Below, piece by piece: positions 13,171-26,478 of a stretch of DNA of 64,000 bases. Position 1 is the first letter of the stretch. Each line of letters opens with the position of its first letter. A model generated the notes under the pieces. It worked only from the letters and a program-made list of their open reading frames with translations, had not been told where the DNA came from and ran no database searches. The DNA is from the human T2T-CHM13v2.0 reference genome, Homo sapiens, in NCBI RefSeq assembly GCF_009914755.1, contig NC_060942.1; one strand, written 5' to 3'. The position numbers and the translations under genes were made by a program.

Positions 13171-13424
13171 ATATTTGGTGGAGAAGCTCAGCTAAAAATC
13201 ATGCCATTTAATATTTTAGGACTATGTTTGAAAGTCTGCAAATGGGAGGTGCTGATGAGTACCCAGCTGACTGCTATACAAAGCTTCTCTGATCTGCGGC
13301 AGTTACTGTCTCCACCACTCATTTGGTACTTAACACGTACTGCTCTGAGTTGTTATTTTAATTAATATCTAATTATAAAGCAACACATGAATAGACTATC
13401 CATATAAGTATTTAAAATATTACA

Positions 13425-14059
13425 TTTTTGGGACTCAGAAAACAGTGCCCCAAAATGGAAACCTGAGAAACAACCTCAGAAGCAAAAGTGTCTCTGCGAC
13501 CCTCTCCTGCCCTCCTGACTCTCAGTCCCATTCTCCCCCAAGGCTAGCCGTAGAAACCCCAAGGTGGGTCATGGAAACCAGATCGTCTTTTTCCCAAAGC
13601 CGGCCATAAAACCTAAAAATATTACGCTAACTTTCCCTCCACCTGTCTGTGTAAAAACTGGCCATAAAGAAATGATCTGGCCTACCTTGTTTGATTGTAG
13701 GTCATAAAACCCCCATTCCAGAGGGAGTCTTGCCCAACACCCAGAAGGAAGGAACACTTGTTCAGAGAGGCGAAGGAGAATCCAGACACACAGGCCTTGC
13801 TGGGTCTCCCCACTCAGTCTATTAATTTAGATCATATCCTTTTTGTTCAATCATATTTCTATATGGCTGTCCATACTTTGTTGAACCCAAGCATAAAAAT
13901 GGACAATTTCCCCCATATCTTTGGGTCTTCATTTTGAAGGCTTCCATGTACACATTAAATAAATTTATATGCCTTTTCTCCAATTAATCTGTCTTTTGTG
14001 AGTTTATTTTTCAACAAATCTTCAGAGGGTTAAGGGAATGCTTTCCACAGGCTCCAACA
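13425..14059 (+). mobile_element. MER39-family ERV1 solo LTR
   Basis: Starts 'ttgggactcagaaaacagtgccccaaaatg...cctcagaagcaaaag'; AATAAA near 13958; ends '...ctccaaca'. Confidence 0.8.
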
Positions 14060-14154
14060 AACATAGAGTTGAATCCCTTTCCACCACCCTTTAGCAATAT
14101 ATGAAAATTCATTATTTTTATGTACATTTTGTTATTTAATCTTTTAATTCATCT

Positions 14155-14276
14155 CTAGCTAGTATTCCAGTCCCTCAGGCTCACCAATCACATCCTTTAT
14201 GAATACCCAATAATTCTAATACATAGTAGGTGCTTGATAACTGCTTGATGAGGAGGGTGATGTGCTTTCTGGGTAT
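14155..14276 (+). repeat. Local dispersed direct repeat B, copy 2
   Basis: See 13049-13170. Confidence 0.9.
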
Positions 14277-14583
14277 GAAATCTTATGACTAAGTAGATTT
14301 AGAGTTGAAATCATACCTTAACACAACCATATTCTCCTATATGTGAAGATATAATTTTATACAAAAAGTATAAAACATTTATTATTACTCTATGTCATGT
14401 TGACCCTGTTGACTTGCTTCTTAGATAGTTTTCTGCAATTAATTGGCATTGAGACTTCCGTCCCGGTCTGTAGCCTTCAAAGAAAAGTTCAACTTTGAGA
14501 CTGATTCGAGGGGACATTTTTCTATTTTTGTTTATCTGCTCACATATCTATTCATTACAACATTTTGTTATTTAAACAAATCA

Positions 14584-14764
14584 ATACAAATTTATTTAAT
14601 GTGTACATGGAATGAGGACCCAAAAATATAGGGCAAATTGTCCTTTCTTATGCTTACGTTCAACAAAGTATGAACAGGACAGCTGTGTAGAAACATGATT
14701 GAACAAAAGGTATGATCTAACATTATTCGACTGAGTGGGGAGACCCAGAAAGACCTGTCTGTCT
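14584..14764 (-). mobile_element. Inverted MER39-family fragment
   Basis: Reverse complement aligns with 13784-13970 ('ctgggtctccccactcagtc', 'catactttgttgaac', 'ccatgtacacattaaataaattt'). Confidence 0.85.
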
Positions 14765-17010
14765 TAAGTTCTGATGTGTAAAGAACTTGGATATTATCAC
14801 TTCCATCCTTACAACAAGAAAACACTGTACAAATGGAAAACCAATAACATTTCTTGTACTCATCAAAGAACTGAATGTGCAGGGTATACCTCAACCCTGA
14901 AACCTGGAGAGACAGGCATATCCAGAGAGGCACATCTGAGATCTGTGTACCTGGAGTAAAGCTGCTGGAGCTGTAAGCTGTCAGAACACTCAAATGCTCA
15001 TTCTGGTGAATTCCTAGAGGCTGAGTGTGGACTAGCTAGAGAGGGAGAAGCTCCTGGGGATTGCAGTCTTGAGGGAAGCTCTCACTTTCATGGGCTTTAT
15101 CTCCAGGGACCCTACCAGGTTCTCACAGCTAAGATCTGGGAAAGATTCCCTCAGGGTTCTGGACAAAATATGAGAAGAAAAATTATTATGAAATACACAA
15201 AGAGGCAATATAGGGAGATACCATCTCTACAAAAAAAAATAAAAAAATTAGCCAGGCATGATGGTGTGTACCTGTGGTTCCAGCTACTTAGGAGGCTGAG
15301 GTAGGAGGATCACTCGGGCCTGGGAGATCGAGGCTATAGTGAGCTGTGATCATACCACTGTCTTCCAGTCTGGGTGACAGAGTGAGACTCTGTCTCAAAG
15401 GAAGAGAGGGAGAGAGACAAAGAGAGAGAGAAGAGAAGAGAAGGAAGGAAGGAAGGAAGACACAAAGAGACTTCTCTATAACAAAGGCCTACTCCTTAGG
15501 AAAAAAGACTTTACTAGATAGAGCCTTATCCCAGTTGAGGAGGGGCATTCATCCCATTCTAGCACCCTCTAGCCTTCCTGTCTCACCTGAGGAGATGTGG
15601 GGGCGACAAAGAACAGTCAACAGAGGTCATGTTTTCAAGGAAATAGACTGTGAACACTGCATCCAGAGAAAGGAATACAGATCAGATGAGAAAAAAGCGA
15701 TACCGTGGGAGAAACACTTATGAAGGTCACAGCCCCCAAATACAAACCCACTAAAAGATTGAGATTTAATTGGGAGATTATTAAACACTTCCTTTTGGAC
15801 ACTTTACCACCGTATCAGCAGGGCTCCAGCATAGTAACAGTGGATGACAGCTGAAAGAGCTGCAGGACACAGGCTCTCTCTGAGGAAGAGTACTTAGGGA
15901 AGCCCAAGGTCAAGAGGAAAGACAAAAATGACACTACAGGAATTTGAATCTCTGGAGCTAACGGCTACTGAGAACATTAAACATAGCCCAACTCCCAGAC
16001 AGATTAACACAAATCCTCAAGGCTAAAGGCCTATTTATCTGGGTTCATTTTACCCAATATAACATGTCCTGCTTTTAACAAAAACCTACAAAGCATGCCA
16101 AAACGCAAATGAAAACACAGTTTGAAAAAACAAAGTAATCATCAGAACTAGATTCAGATATGACACAGATGTTAGAATTATCAGGCAGGGAATCTAAATA
16201 ACTGTGTTAGGGGTTTTAATGGAAAAAGTAAACAATATGTAAGAAAAGATGGGTAATATAAGAAAAGAGATAGAAAGTCTTAGAAAAAATCAAAAGGACG
16301 TTTTTGAAATAAAAAAACCATAAGAAAATTAAATGCCTTCAATGAGATCACCAGTAGACTCAGCACAGAGTTGATAGAGAATCAGTGGGCTTGAAGATAA
16401 TGAAATACAACAGAAAAGGGAATTAAAAACAACAAAAAAAAATGACCATCCAAGAACTGTGGGACAAGTTTAGAAGGTGTAACACACCAAGGGGAAGAAG
16501 GAGAGAACAGAGTAGAAAAAATCCTTGAAGTAATAATGGCTGATAACTTTCCAAAGTTATGATAGACATCAAATCATGGATCCAGGAAGCTCAGAGAACA
16601 CTATCCAGGATTTAAAAAAAAATTCCACACCAAGACCTATCATAATCAAACTGCAGAAAACCAAAGACAAAGAGAAAATCTTGAAAGAAGTAAGAAGTGG
16701 GAAAAACACTTTATCTATAGAAGAAGAAAGATAAGAAATACAATAAGCTTCTCATTAGAAACCATGAATGCAAGAAGAGTGAGGAATGGAACATTTAATG
16801 TGTTGAAAGAAACAGACCACCAACCTAGAATTCTATATCCAGCAAATTATCCTTCAAAAGTCAAGGAGAACTAAAGACCTCAAACAAAAACTGAGAGAAT
16901 TTATCACCAACAGACCTGCCCTGCAGGAAGTGGTAAAAAAAAAAAGTTCTTCAGCAGACAGAAAATAATATAGGTCAGAAGCGGAGTGCTAGAGAAGGAA
17001 TAAATAAACC
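14765..17010 (+). mobile_element. Old L1M (MC/MD-like) 5'UTR-ORF1 remnant, interrupted by an Alu fragment
   Basis: A-rich decayed ORF1 phrases 'atccaggaagctcagagaac', 'aaagacaaagagaaaatcttgaaag', 'caacctagaattctatatccagcaaattatccttcaaaa'; no intact ORF. Confidence 0.75.
15204..15460 (+). mobile_element. 5'-truncated AluJ with GA-rich tail
   Basis: End of left arm, A-rich linker and right arm 'gaggctatagtgagctgtgatc'. Confidence 0.85.
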
Positions 17011-17802
17011 ACCTGTCCCCAAGTGAATAGAATCACATCTGTCTCAGCATAAGCGCATGTCTGATCTGTGAATGATGACTGTGTTTTAAGGAAAGAGTGT
17101 ATACTCTTGCACTCTTGCAGTATGGTTTAAAAATGTTATACAATAGTTTTGATTTTTTTTTCCAATTCTTGCCAGCAGGAAGTCAAGTTTTGGTTTCTTA
17201 TAGGCTTGTAAATAGTGAATAGAAAGTTTAGAACTGATACAAAAATATTGAATTTGCAATTTATAAAAGCTATGAATCTTACCTACATCTGCATATGCAC
17301 ATTGTACCTGTAAATGTATTCTAGTGACAAGATGTGGGATAAGCAAAGGGTTTACATAGTGGAAGGTACAATTTAGAAAAGAAAATGCTTTAGTAAATTC
17401 CTCAATTAAAAAAAAGCTTTGTTAAACCATATTGCCAAATATTATAGTTAAGGACTTTACATAGGAAGTGTTTAAAGAAAATAAAATCTCAGCTAAACAT
17501 TGGTACATTTTTAACACACAGTTTTTGAGATCCTTCTATGTGTTAGCTGACAGAGATACCAATATGATTAAGCCCTGATGAAGATGAGAAGCTAATTGTA
17601 TGGAGGTGCCATTTGGTATCTTACACGATAACTGTTAGTATTTCAGTTACAGCTTAATATGCTCCCTGTTGAATTGCAAAAGCATATTAAATTAGAGGCG
17701 GCTTGATGACAGGGACAGACCATGTGTCTAGATAGCTCCACTCTTGGCACAGTGCCTAACACGTAATAGGTGCACAACAAATGTTTGTTAAATGGAAGTT
17801 TA

Positions 17803-18025
17803 CAGGGTTGGCAGATTACCACCTGCAGGACAAATCTAGCCTTTGGGATAAATCCGACCTGTGTTCTGTTTTCGTAAGGCTCTCAGGCTGAGAATGTTTT
17901 ATGCATTTTTAAGGCACTGTATACACACATACACACACACACAAGATTAATGTGACAGACCTTATGTGGCTACAAACCCTAAAGTATTTATTTCGTCCTT
18001 TACAGAAAACATTTGCTGACCTCTG
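17803..18025. mobile_element. MER58-type hAT-Charlie MITE
   Basis: Terminal inverted repeats 'cagggttggcaga' / 'tttgctgacctctg' and 'cctttacagaaaa'. Confidence 0.75.
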
Positions 18026-21000
18026 CTTGATTGAGGTATTCCTTTTAACTCTTCCTGAACTTTGTCTTGGAGTAAGGTTTCTCCTTGTGTAATTATATGA
18101 CCCCTTGGCACAGGCTTGCCAAAGTGATCTTCCTCAGCTGCCAGTTACATCCCAGGAATAAATGGTTGGCACACCCAACTTGGGCTGTAGTCCGCTTCAC
18201 ATGACACTCTGAACTTGCCTCCTTAATCAGCAAACAGGTTGTGCCATTCTCTTTGGTTTCCTGGTAACCCTTTACTACACAATCAAAGGAGAAAAGACCA
18301 CTTGTGACATCAATGTCCCACATGAGGATTCTGCCCATTTAGAAGAGTTCCCAGATTGCTTTTTCATCTTATCAGTTTTTATCTTTTGTTGTTTCCTTCT
18401 TAACAGTGCACATGCCTATTCCCTCCCATCAACTGTTGAATCTTTAGCAACATTTATAGCTCCCTGACCATGGATACAAACTATTTCAACTAGACACTCA
18501 CCAACTTGTCAGAAAAAGCCTGTAGTTCCTACAATACAGTAGAATTAAAATTTGTTTAAAAGAGTTTTATGAAAAGTAAACAAAAACTAAACCAACACAT
18601 AAGATTATAGTACATAATTTGATATGTATGTGTTTTAACTAAACTATATGACCTTCCAGGGCAGAGATTTTTTTTTCTCTGTTCCCCATTGCTAATTTCA
18701 ACACATGCTCAATAAAGACTGATTAAATGAGGTGTGTCTCAGGCTCTGTGAGGGCAACCTATTTGTCAATCCAAAACACAAACCAATTAATAAAGATATG
18801 CGGTCATTTTGCATCCTCAAACCAGAATTCTGGAACAAAGCTCCTGAATATACAAGTGATGAATATTTAGACTTGAACTTTTCACTGTAGCCAATGGAGG
18901 GAAAATCCTTTGCACAGTGGGGTGTAATACTGAATTTTTATGGGTCTCCAGAGCATTGCCGATTCAGGGGATATGCAAGTAACCTCTAACTCTTTTCAGA
19001 ACTTGCCATTTAGTTCACTTTTATTATTTGTTTTTCTGGGAACCAAAGGTCAAACTTGTTATATTTGCACCGTACCACCTATATGGGAATGACTGAGATC
19101 AACAGAGCCCTGGATCGTCATCTTTCCGGCACTTCGCCAAAGCAGCGGGGATGCCAGACCTTCCCTTCCTCGTGGGGACTTTGGAACTTTTGTTGGGTCT
19201 CTGTGAGCCTGAGTACACCACTAGCTCTGTTTTTCACTCAGAGTTCTTATTTTTAAGGCCATCTATTAATTTTTGCTCAGACTCTCCCCAAATGCTCTCT
19301 TGCTCCACTGCACAAGGTCTTACCGAAGATAAAAGACATAGATGTGTGAAAAAAGGAGGGATCTTGTTTTTCCCCCCGTCTCTCAAGGCCTTATTTATGG
19401 GTTTCAGTTGGTGGCAGGGATGTTTATATGAACCTTACCCAAACTGCCTGAACCTCCTGGGCCTGCAAATATCAGGCTGCAAATTTCATGAAAGTAGAAC
19501 TTTTTTCCAGGATGGGGGAGGGGTGGCTAAGATTTCCTGTACTTCCTGTTTTAGAGCTGCTGGAATTGAGACAAAAACTGTATTTCAGGATTTCAGTACC
19601 TGGCCCCAGCTGGAATCTGGACATACAGATGTGCACAAAGAAGAAACACATGTGCACACACATTCACACCCACACAAATACCTAGAAAGGGGCATGGTAT
19701 GTGTAGGTACTCACAAAAATTTACTTAAAACACACAGATGGTACTTTCCATTTTGAGTAAAATGGATTCAAATTCCAAAACATTTTCATAAAGGTTTTTC
19801 AAAGTTTCAAAACCAAACCAAACAACAATCCGATTTGGGGGAAACGGGTGAGTTCATTACAATTTTATCCAGATTCTCATGAATGTACTAGAGAAAAAAG
19901 ATGGAGAGAAACAAACAAAGAAACCCAAATCCAACAACTTGTAAATGTAATGTATGAAAGCCAGGAGCACGATGGCCTGGTACTGCCAACAATTGTGGGG
20001 CTTTGTCCACCTAAATGGTTCTTAAATGAATGAATTTGGGGCGTCCTTTCTGCGATGTGGCAGATACTTCTCACCTGGGCTGAGATGAATCCAGGCAGCA
20101 GGATTCTCCTCAGAGGACATGGACACTGCTCTGCTAAATTCCATATACATGTATATGGGGCGAAGGAGAAGGTTAAAAAAGAGTCAGGGTGGAGGCAGAT
20201 GCAAAACCACAAATTAGGTGATGCGTTGGATTAGCCTTCGAGTCCCTGCCTGGCTGTCAAAGGCTGACTGTAAAGATGTGATGTTGATACCAAGCAGGTT
20301 ATTGCTTGCACAGCAGCACCCCCAAACATATGCATCCTCGAAAGGACTGGCCTTTGTGCAGATGTTGAGCCAGCAGGTTATTAACGTGCAGTGCAAACAG
20401 GACCGGTCCGTGGAACACAGGGAAGGCGTGCCTGAAAGGGAGAGTCAAAGTTTCCAGTAACCACTTTCAGTTGGCAGAACTCTGATTGGAACCATGTGAC
20501 AATTTTAGGCGATGTACCATAGGCAGCCAATTTATTACATATGGCAGTATGATTAATGGTATCAAATACCTTTTTTTGGTAACATCCAAGAACACTCCGC
20601 CAGCCAACTGCTTGGAGTCCAAGGCAGGGAAAATCTGTTCCATGAATTTAAAGTCAGGCAGATGAGGTTAAATGAGAGAGGGCCAGAAGCCAAGGCAATG
20701 ATTACAAAGTAAGTTGTTCAAAAAAGAGCAGAATGTTTTAAATCTGGTCTTGAACAAATCCCATGCAGTCCCCACCTACCCGACCTATTTTTCTCTTTGC
20801 CTTTCTCCCCTTGCTTCTTGATGTGAACCCTCATAGCTACATTCTTGAGGACATTTCTAAAACCAGGCTGTCTTCCACTTGCCCAGAGACTTTTCCAGGC
20901 CCAGGCAAATCTGCACGTGACCACTGTCTGGATCTTTCTTTGGAATCCTATGTCGGGGGTAGCAGCAGAGACCTACAGATGGGGTGGGGCACTTGCTGTG

Positions 21001-22411
21001 CTGGGTGTCCTAGGGGAGGGCCTCCCAGCTGCATCACACTCTCGTTGATGGTTAGGAGGCCCTTCTGCCCTCTTCTCTCTGTGAGTTGGGTTTCCTTGAA
21101 CTTCCAACATCATCACAAATGACTAGGAAGAAACTGTGGCACCCATGGGGAGACGTGCAGAGGCAGGGACCTGTGAGGAAGGTTGCTTACCATTTGGGAA
21201 TTGAAGAATGAGCATACAGAGGAGGGAAGAAGCAGAGAGAGTCTCAGGATGTGACTTGGTCTCCAAAGTGAGCCCACACAACATGCAATAGGTGCTTACT
21301 ATGTATTTGTTAAATAAATGTGTACTATCACCACATTCTTTGGTGTTTTCTGGTGGACATCTGCCTGTTTTGTCAAAGTTGTGAGTCGTTGCCTTCTGAA
21401 AATAATTTTATAAAAAGACAAACACATTTTGACTGAGGGCCCACCAGGCACTAGTAGGTGGGATAATTTATGTATTTGTTAATTTTATTTCAGACTGTTT
21501 TTATTTATTTACTAGATAATGTATAATTGATACAATTTATTTTTATTCTTATGGGCTACAGATTGGTAGTGTGTGGTGGTATCTAACAGGGCAAACTGAT
21601 CACTTACCCTGTGTTTCATGGATTAATTTTTTTCCTTTTTTGTAAAAACTGAATCTGGTCTATTGTTTGGGGGTTCATTCTATTACTTGGGGCTCAGTTT
21701 TCAAGCCGTCAATTTGGTATGCTCTTTAGACCTTGCCTAAAAGTCCTAGATTACATCTTTGGCAAAGCTTTTTTTCCCTATAAAAAGAGAATTTAATATG
21801 AAAATCATGAGTAGTCATGAAATGTATGGAAGTCAGGTGACTCCGATTCAGGCAGGAGAGTAAAGATGTGTTCACAGTGAAACAAAAGGGTCTTGAAAGT
21901 GAGATTGAGCCATAACATGGGGCAACTGGGCAATTGCACCATGACTGCCACCCCTAGGGACGGAGGCGTAGCCTTAAATCAAGATGATGTTCCTTAGCTT
22001 GCTCTGTTGGAGGTTTTCAACCCATTCTGACCTACTGTGTATGCAAAGGCTCCGTGACAGATAGGGGTTGACTGTATTCTGGTAACTCCCTCTTTTGAAC
22101 ATCACTGTTCATTCATTGAAAATGATATAAAAAACAAGATTTAATACTGGCCCTCCTCCAACTCCCTTCCTCCACCATCTTTAAAATGAAACCCAGACAC
22201 TTCCTTCCTCCGAAACATAATTATTTCTGCTGAGTGAATCACACTCACTTTTAAATAAAAATTCACCTTTGCTACGTATTCTTTGAAGGTCAAAATGGAG
22301 CAGTCTACAGAACTGCTAGAATAAACAAATCAGCCTGTTGGTTATAATGGGCCAAGAGTCGATTTTCTTTTTCGTTCTCTCCTGGAGTGTAGCAACACAA
22401 CATTGTCCCCT

Positions 22412-22947
22412 TGGATTAGTTTCCCATTGCTGCTATAACAAATTGCCCCAAACTTGGCTCCAAACAACACAAATTTGTTATCTTCCAGTTCTGAAGGTCA
22501 AAGGTCTGCAATAGGTTTCACTGGGCTAAGACTATATGTTGGTAGGGCTGTGCTCCCTTCTGGAGGTTCTAATGGGGAATCTATTTCCTTCTTCCTTTTA
22601 AAAACTCTTTCCCCCTTGTTTAAAAGCCCTTTGCAGCTTCTAGAGGTTGCCACATACTTTGGTTCATGGCCCCTTCCTCCACCTTCAAAGCCAGCAGCAT
22701 AGCATCTTCAAATCCCTAACTCTGCCTCTGTTGCCACGTCTCTTCTGACTCCCATCCTCATGTTTCTCTATTATAAGGACCTTGTTATCTCATCGGTATG
22801 CTCTGATAATCCAGGATAATCTCCTGTCTCAAAATTGGTAATTTAATCCCATCTTCAAAGTCCTTTCTGCTGCATCAGGTAACATATTGACAGGTTCTGG
22901 GTATTAGGATAGAGCCACTTTTAGAGGGCCATTATTCTCCCTACCAT
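22412..22947 (-). mobile_element. MLT1D-like MaLR solo LTR
   Basis: 'ttagtttcccattgctgctataacaaattgcc...ccttcaaagccagca...ggccattattctccctacca'. Confidence 0.8.
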
Positions 22948-23149
22948 TATGATGCAGGAAAGAAGAGGAAAAACCCTCAGAAAATCATATGACAAGGTTG
23001 TGATGAAAAACAAAGAGGCAGCCAGCAAATCTCTGCTTAGCACTTCTACCAGGAAGCTCTCTCAACCCCCTTGCTTTGTTGCTTTCCTGGCTCACTCTGT
23101 GTACTTCATTCATAACTTAACTGAAAGCAGGACTTCGTGGAAATAGAAT

Positions 23150-23375
23150 AATAGTGCTAATTGAGTGCTTATTCTGCACCAAGCCGTTACTTAGTTCATT
23201 CTCACAAGGGGTAGGTGCTATTATTCTCTTAGCTTTACTGATGACAAAATGGAAGCGTAGAGGAGTTAAGTAACTTGCCCAATAAAGCACAATTGGCAAA
23301 TAACAGAATAAAGCAAGATTTGGATCTGTGTCTGTAGGATTCCACAACCCCCATACTTGACCGCTGCATTTTTCT
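23150..23375 (-). mobile_element. MIR SINE
   Basis: 'agaggagttaagtaacttgccca' core in antisense. Confidence 0.7.
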
Positions 23376-24994
23376 GCCTTAAGTTTAACAAAGGAAAGGA
23401 AAGTAAATGGGGGAGGTTGTCAGGGAATTTGCATTTTTTTTCCTTCTTCATCTTAAGTCAGCCCTTTACAAGTACATAATCTACAGCCCTACCTCATATT
23501 CTTGTGTTTGTTGTTAACCACTCACTGCCTGTTACACTATGTCTTTGATTCCCAGTACTATTCGCTAACTGGGTCCCTAGTCTAGGCCTAAATGGGTCAC
23601 AGGGATCTATTCTATGTGTCTTCTTGAGCCTAATTCTTATCCACCAGGGTCTTAGAAACTGGAGAGAATCTAGCTGTTCAGTGGCTAATAACTGTATACC
23701 ACCACTGCCTAATTTTCTTTCTTTTTTGAGAAAAATATTGAACTCTGAACATCAACAGGATTTCCAGGATTGCCAAATTAATAAAAGCCTAGTCGTATAT
23801 GAATTTATATTGTCAGGATGTTGTCTTTGGACCCTAATTATGCTAATGCAGTTGTAATACTAAATTTGAAATCAAAAGAAATTCTAAAATATAAAAGGGA
23901 AGCTAAGCTAAAACAGTCCTGCAACAGACTACAATCACCGGTAAAAAACAGTTTTCGGCTAACATCGAGATAGAGAGAATGACTTTTACACACGTTGTTC
24001 TGCAATCCAGAGAAATTCTAATCTTTAAAGGATTTTAAATCCAAGAGATATAACTAGGCAGTCATGGGACCCATTCCACTAGCCAAAATTCACCTCTCTA
24101 AAGCAGTCACAGCTTATACAGTGTAATAGAATTGACAGATGTCAGACCCTGGTGAGGGAATATAATCATTGCCAAACCTTCCTGAAAGGAACTTTTGCTG
24201 CAAGTGTTGGGGACAAGTAATTCAAGATGTAAAATCTGCAGATAGCCCCAAAGTGGCATTGTCTGCCTCAGGCTCCAGAGCACTTTCTGGGAATTAAAAA
24301 AAAAAAAAAAAAAAGAAAGCATTACTTTTGACTAATTATTAAGATAAATATTCATTTATTTCATTAAGAATAATAATAATGCCACCTCTGAAACAAAAGT
24401 ATCTTACAATCAGAAAACATTGCAAACAAAATCATGGCCTAGAGCAAATTTCTGGTTCTTTAGGTTGCAAATCTTTTTCGGTAGAACCTACAAATTTTCC
24501 AGGAACATATATGAAAAATAAAATTTTACATTTGAGGTCCTGATTGGCAAAGTTGATCCATTTATAAAACCCATCTTTTGTGCAGATAAACCCCACAAAA
24601 GGATTATAACCTTAGAATGTACTTTTATAAAAATTGCAATTTCCCCCATGTTTATCATTGCTATTGGCTGGAACATTTGGGATAAAAAGATTTGCATTTT
24701 CCCCAGGTTTTTTGCTTTTATCTTTCCACAATTCCAACAGAGTCATGGTGAGGTAGCTTCCTGTCTTTCTGATTTATCCAAAGATGCCCCTCTTCTATTG
24801 GAGCTGTGATTCATTGATTCTTTTCTCTGGGACTGAGGGGGCCAAAGTGAAGTTTTAACGTTCTCTGAAACTTGCTTTTGAATAAGCTCAGAGGAAGAGA
24901 AGCAGACTGTGGCTCATTTCATTTTCATGCTTGTATCATTTTGACTATACATCAAATAGGTGTTGAAGCCACTTTTGTAAACGTCAACCCAATG

Positions 24995-25100
24995 AATATA
25001 AATATAAATAAATCTATGTAAATATAGATATATATAAATATAGATATTTAATATAAATAAATAATAGGTATATAGATAAATATAGATATAGATATAAAAT
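24995..25100. repeat. AT-rich (TA/TATAGA) low-complexity tract
   Basis: Directly visible. Confidence 0.85.
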
Positions 25101-25114
25101 CGCCAATATTTTGG

Positions 25115-25263
25115 TTTTTTTAAGAGATAAGGTCTCACTTTCTCATCTGGGCTGGAGTGCAATCATAGCTCACTGTAGCCTCAACCTCCCGGGCTCAAGT
25201 GATCCTCCTGCTTCTGCCTCCCAAAGTGCTGAGATGACAGATACATGAGTCACCGTATCTGGC
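25115..25263 (-). mobile_element. Monomeric Alu (left-arm 5' end joined to right-arm 3' end; FAM/FRAM-like or internally deleted AluJ)
   Basis: 'gctcactgtagcctcaacctcccgggctcaagtgatcctcc' directly followed by 'gcctcccaaagtgctgagat'. Confidence 0.75.
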
Positions 25264-25340
25264 ATCCAACAATTTTAAAAGCAGGGATTTGAGCAGGTGA
25301 AATTTATAGGCAACATTCGCCTCCCGTATTTTCCTTGTAC

Positions 25341-25520
25341 CAGTGGTTCTCAAACTTGAGCATACCTCAGAACGACCTGACAGGCTTTTAAAAATGCAGG
25401 TGGCCAAGCCCCACCCTCTGATTCAGGGGGTCTGGGGTGGGACTGGAGAATTTGCTCTTCCAAGTTTCTCCAGGAGGGTGCTGATGCTGCTAGTCTGAAG
25501 ACCTCGCTTGAGAACCACAG
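25341..25520. mobile_element. MER5A hAT-Charlie MITE
   Basis: TIRs cagtggttctcaa / ttgagaaccacag, ~180 bp. Confidence 0.85.
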
Positions 25521-25619
25521 CTCCACACCATCAACGGGAATGGAGAGGCTTATTTTAAGAATATTTACTTAGAGATTTTATTATGGGGAGAAAAACATGT
25601 GCAGTAAAGAAATTTTCTA

Positions 25620-25850
25620 GTACATATTATGGGTTAGGAACTGTTTTGTGCACTTTATATACATTACCTCATTCAATTGTCAGTGACCCTTGGGAGTAGG
25701 TATTTTTATTACCTCCATTGTACAGATGGAGAAAGTGAGGCTGAGCAGGTTAAAGGACTTGCCTGAGGTGACCCAGCTGGAGGCGGGTGGGGATGCAGAG
25801 CCTGTTTCTCAGACTCCCAGCTGGTATCCTTAACCTCCTCCCAATATTGC
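25620..25850 (-). mobile_element. MIR SINE
   Basis: 'ccattgtacagatggagaaagtgaggctgagcaggttaaaggacttgcctgagg'. Confidence 0.75.
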
Positions 25851-26478
25851 CGCCCAGGTGCTTGTTTAAAAATCTGATGATGTGTTTCTGTAGAAATATA
25901 ACTCTCATCCCAAATCAGACTCCTCGCTAAAGTCGCATGGTCTAGAAGACTTGCAAACCCAGGGGCAGAAAGGGTGTTTGTGGCTGGTGCATGGTTTCCC
26001 AGAGTGGGCTCACCATGGAGAAATATTTCCATAACAAAGGCAAGTTGTCCTCCCCGAGAAGAGCGGGCAGGGAGTTGCAAGTGTCTGCCTATGATGTGAT
26101 CCACATTTAATGCTTATCTGGGTGAGAGGGAATTTGATTAGAGCAAATACAAAGCCCAATTCAGAGAACAAAACCACTAATTCAAAGGTGGTTTTCCTAT
26201 GGATGTAAAATACTTCAAGCCTGTTAAAAGGACTGAAGAGAATTCCACCGAGGAGTGCCTTATATTGTGTCTGATTTCTCAGATCCAAGCACCACCAGGC
26301 TGTGTGGGTGTCTGCGGGGCATGGGGAGCTGGCATGGCTGGGCCACTAACAGCACTGGCAGGCACTGTCTAGCCTGAAGGGGACACAGTTTCAGGCATGG
26401 GGACGAGGGAGGCCGTTTGTCCTACAGACCCCTTTTCCACCCCTGACCCACCCCCTCTGATGAAGCCTCCGTTTGCAT

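Noticed and set aside
19151-19756. Longest ORF (201 aa)
   Set aside because: No recognisable domain, composition typical of non-coding DNA, no supporting exon or promoter context
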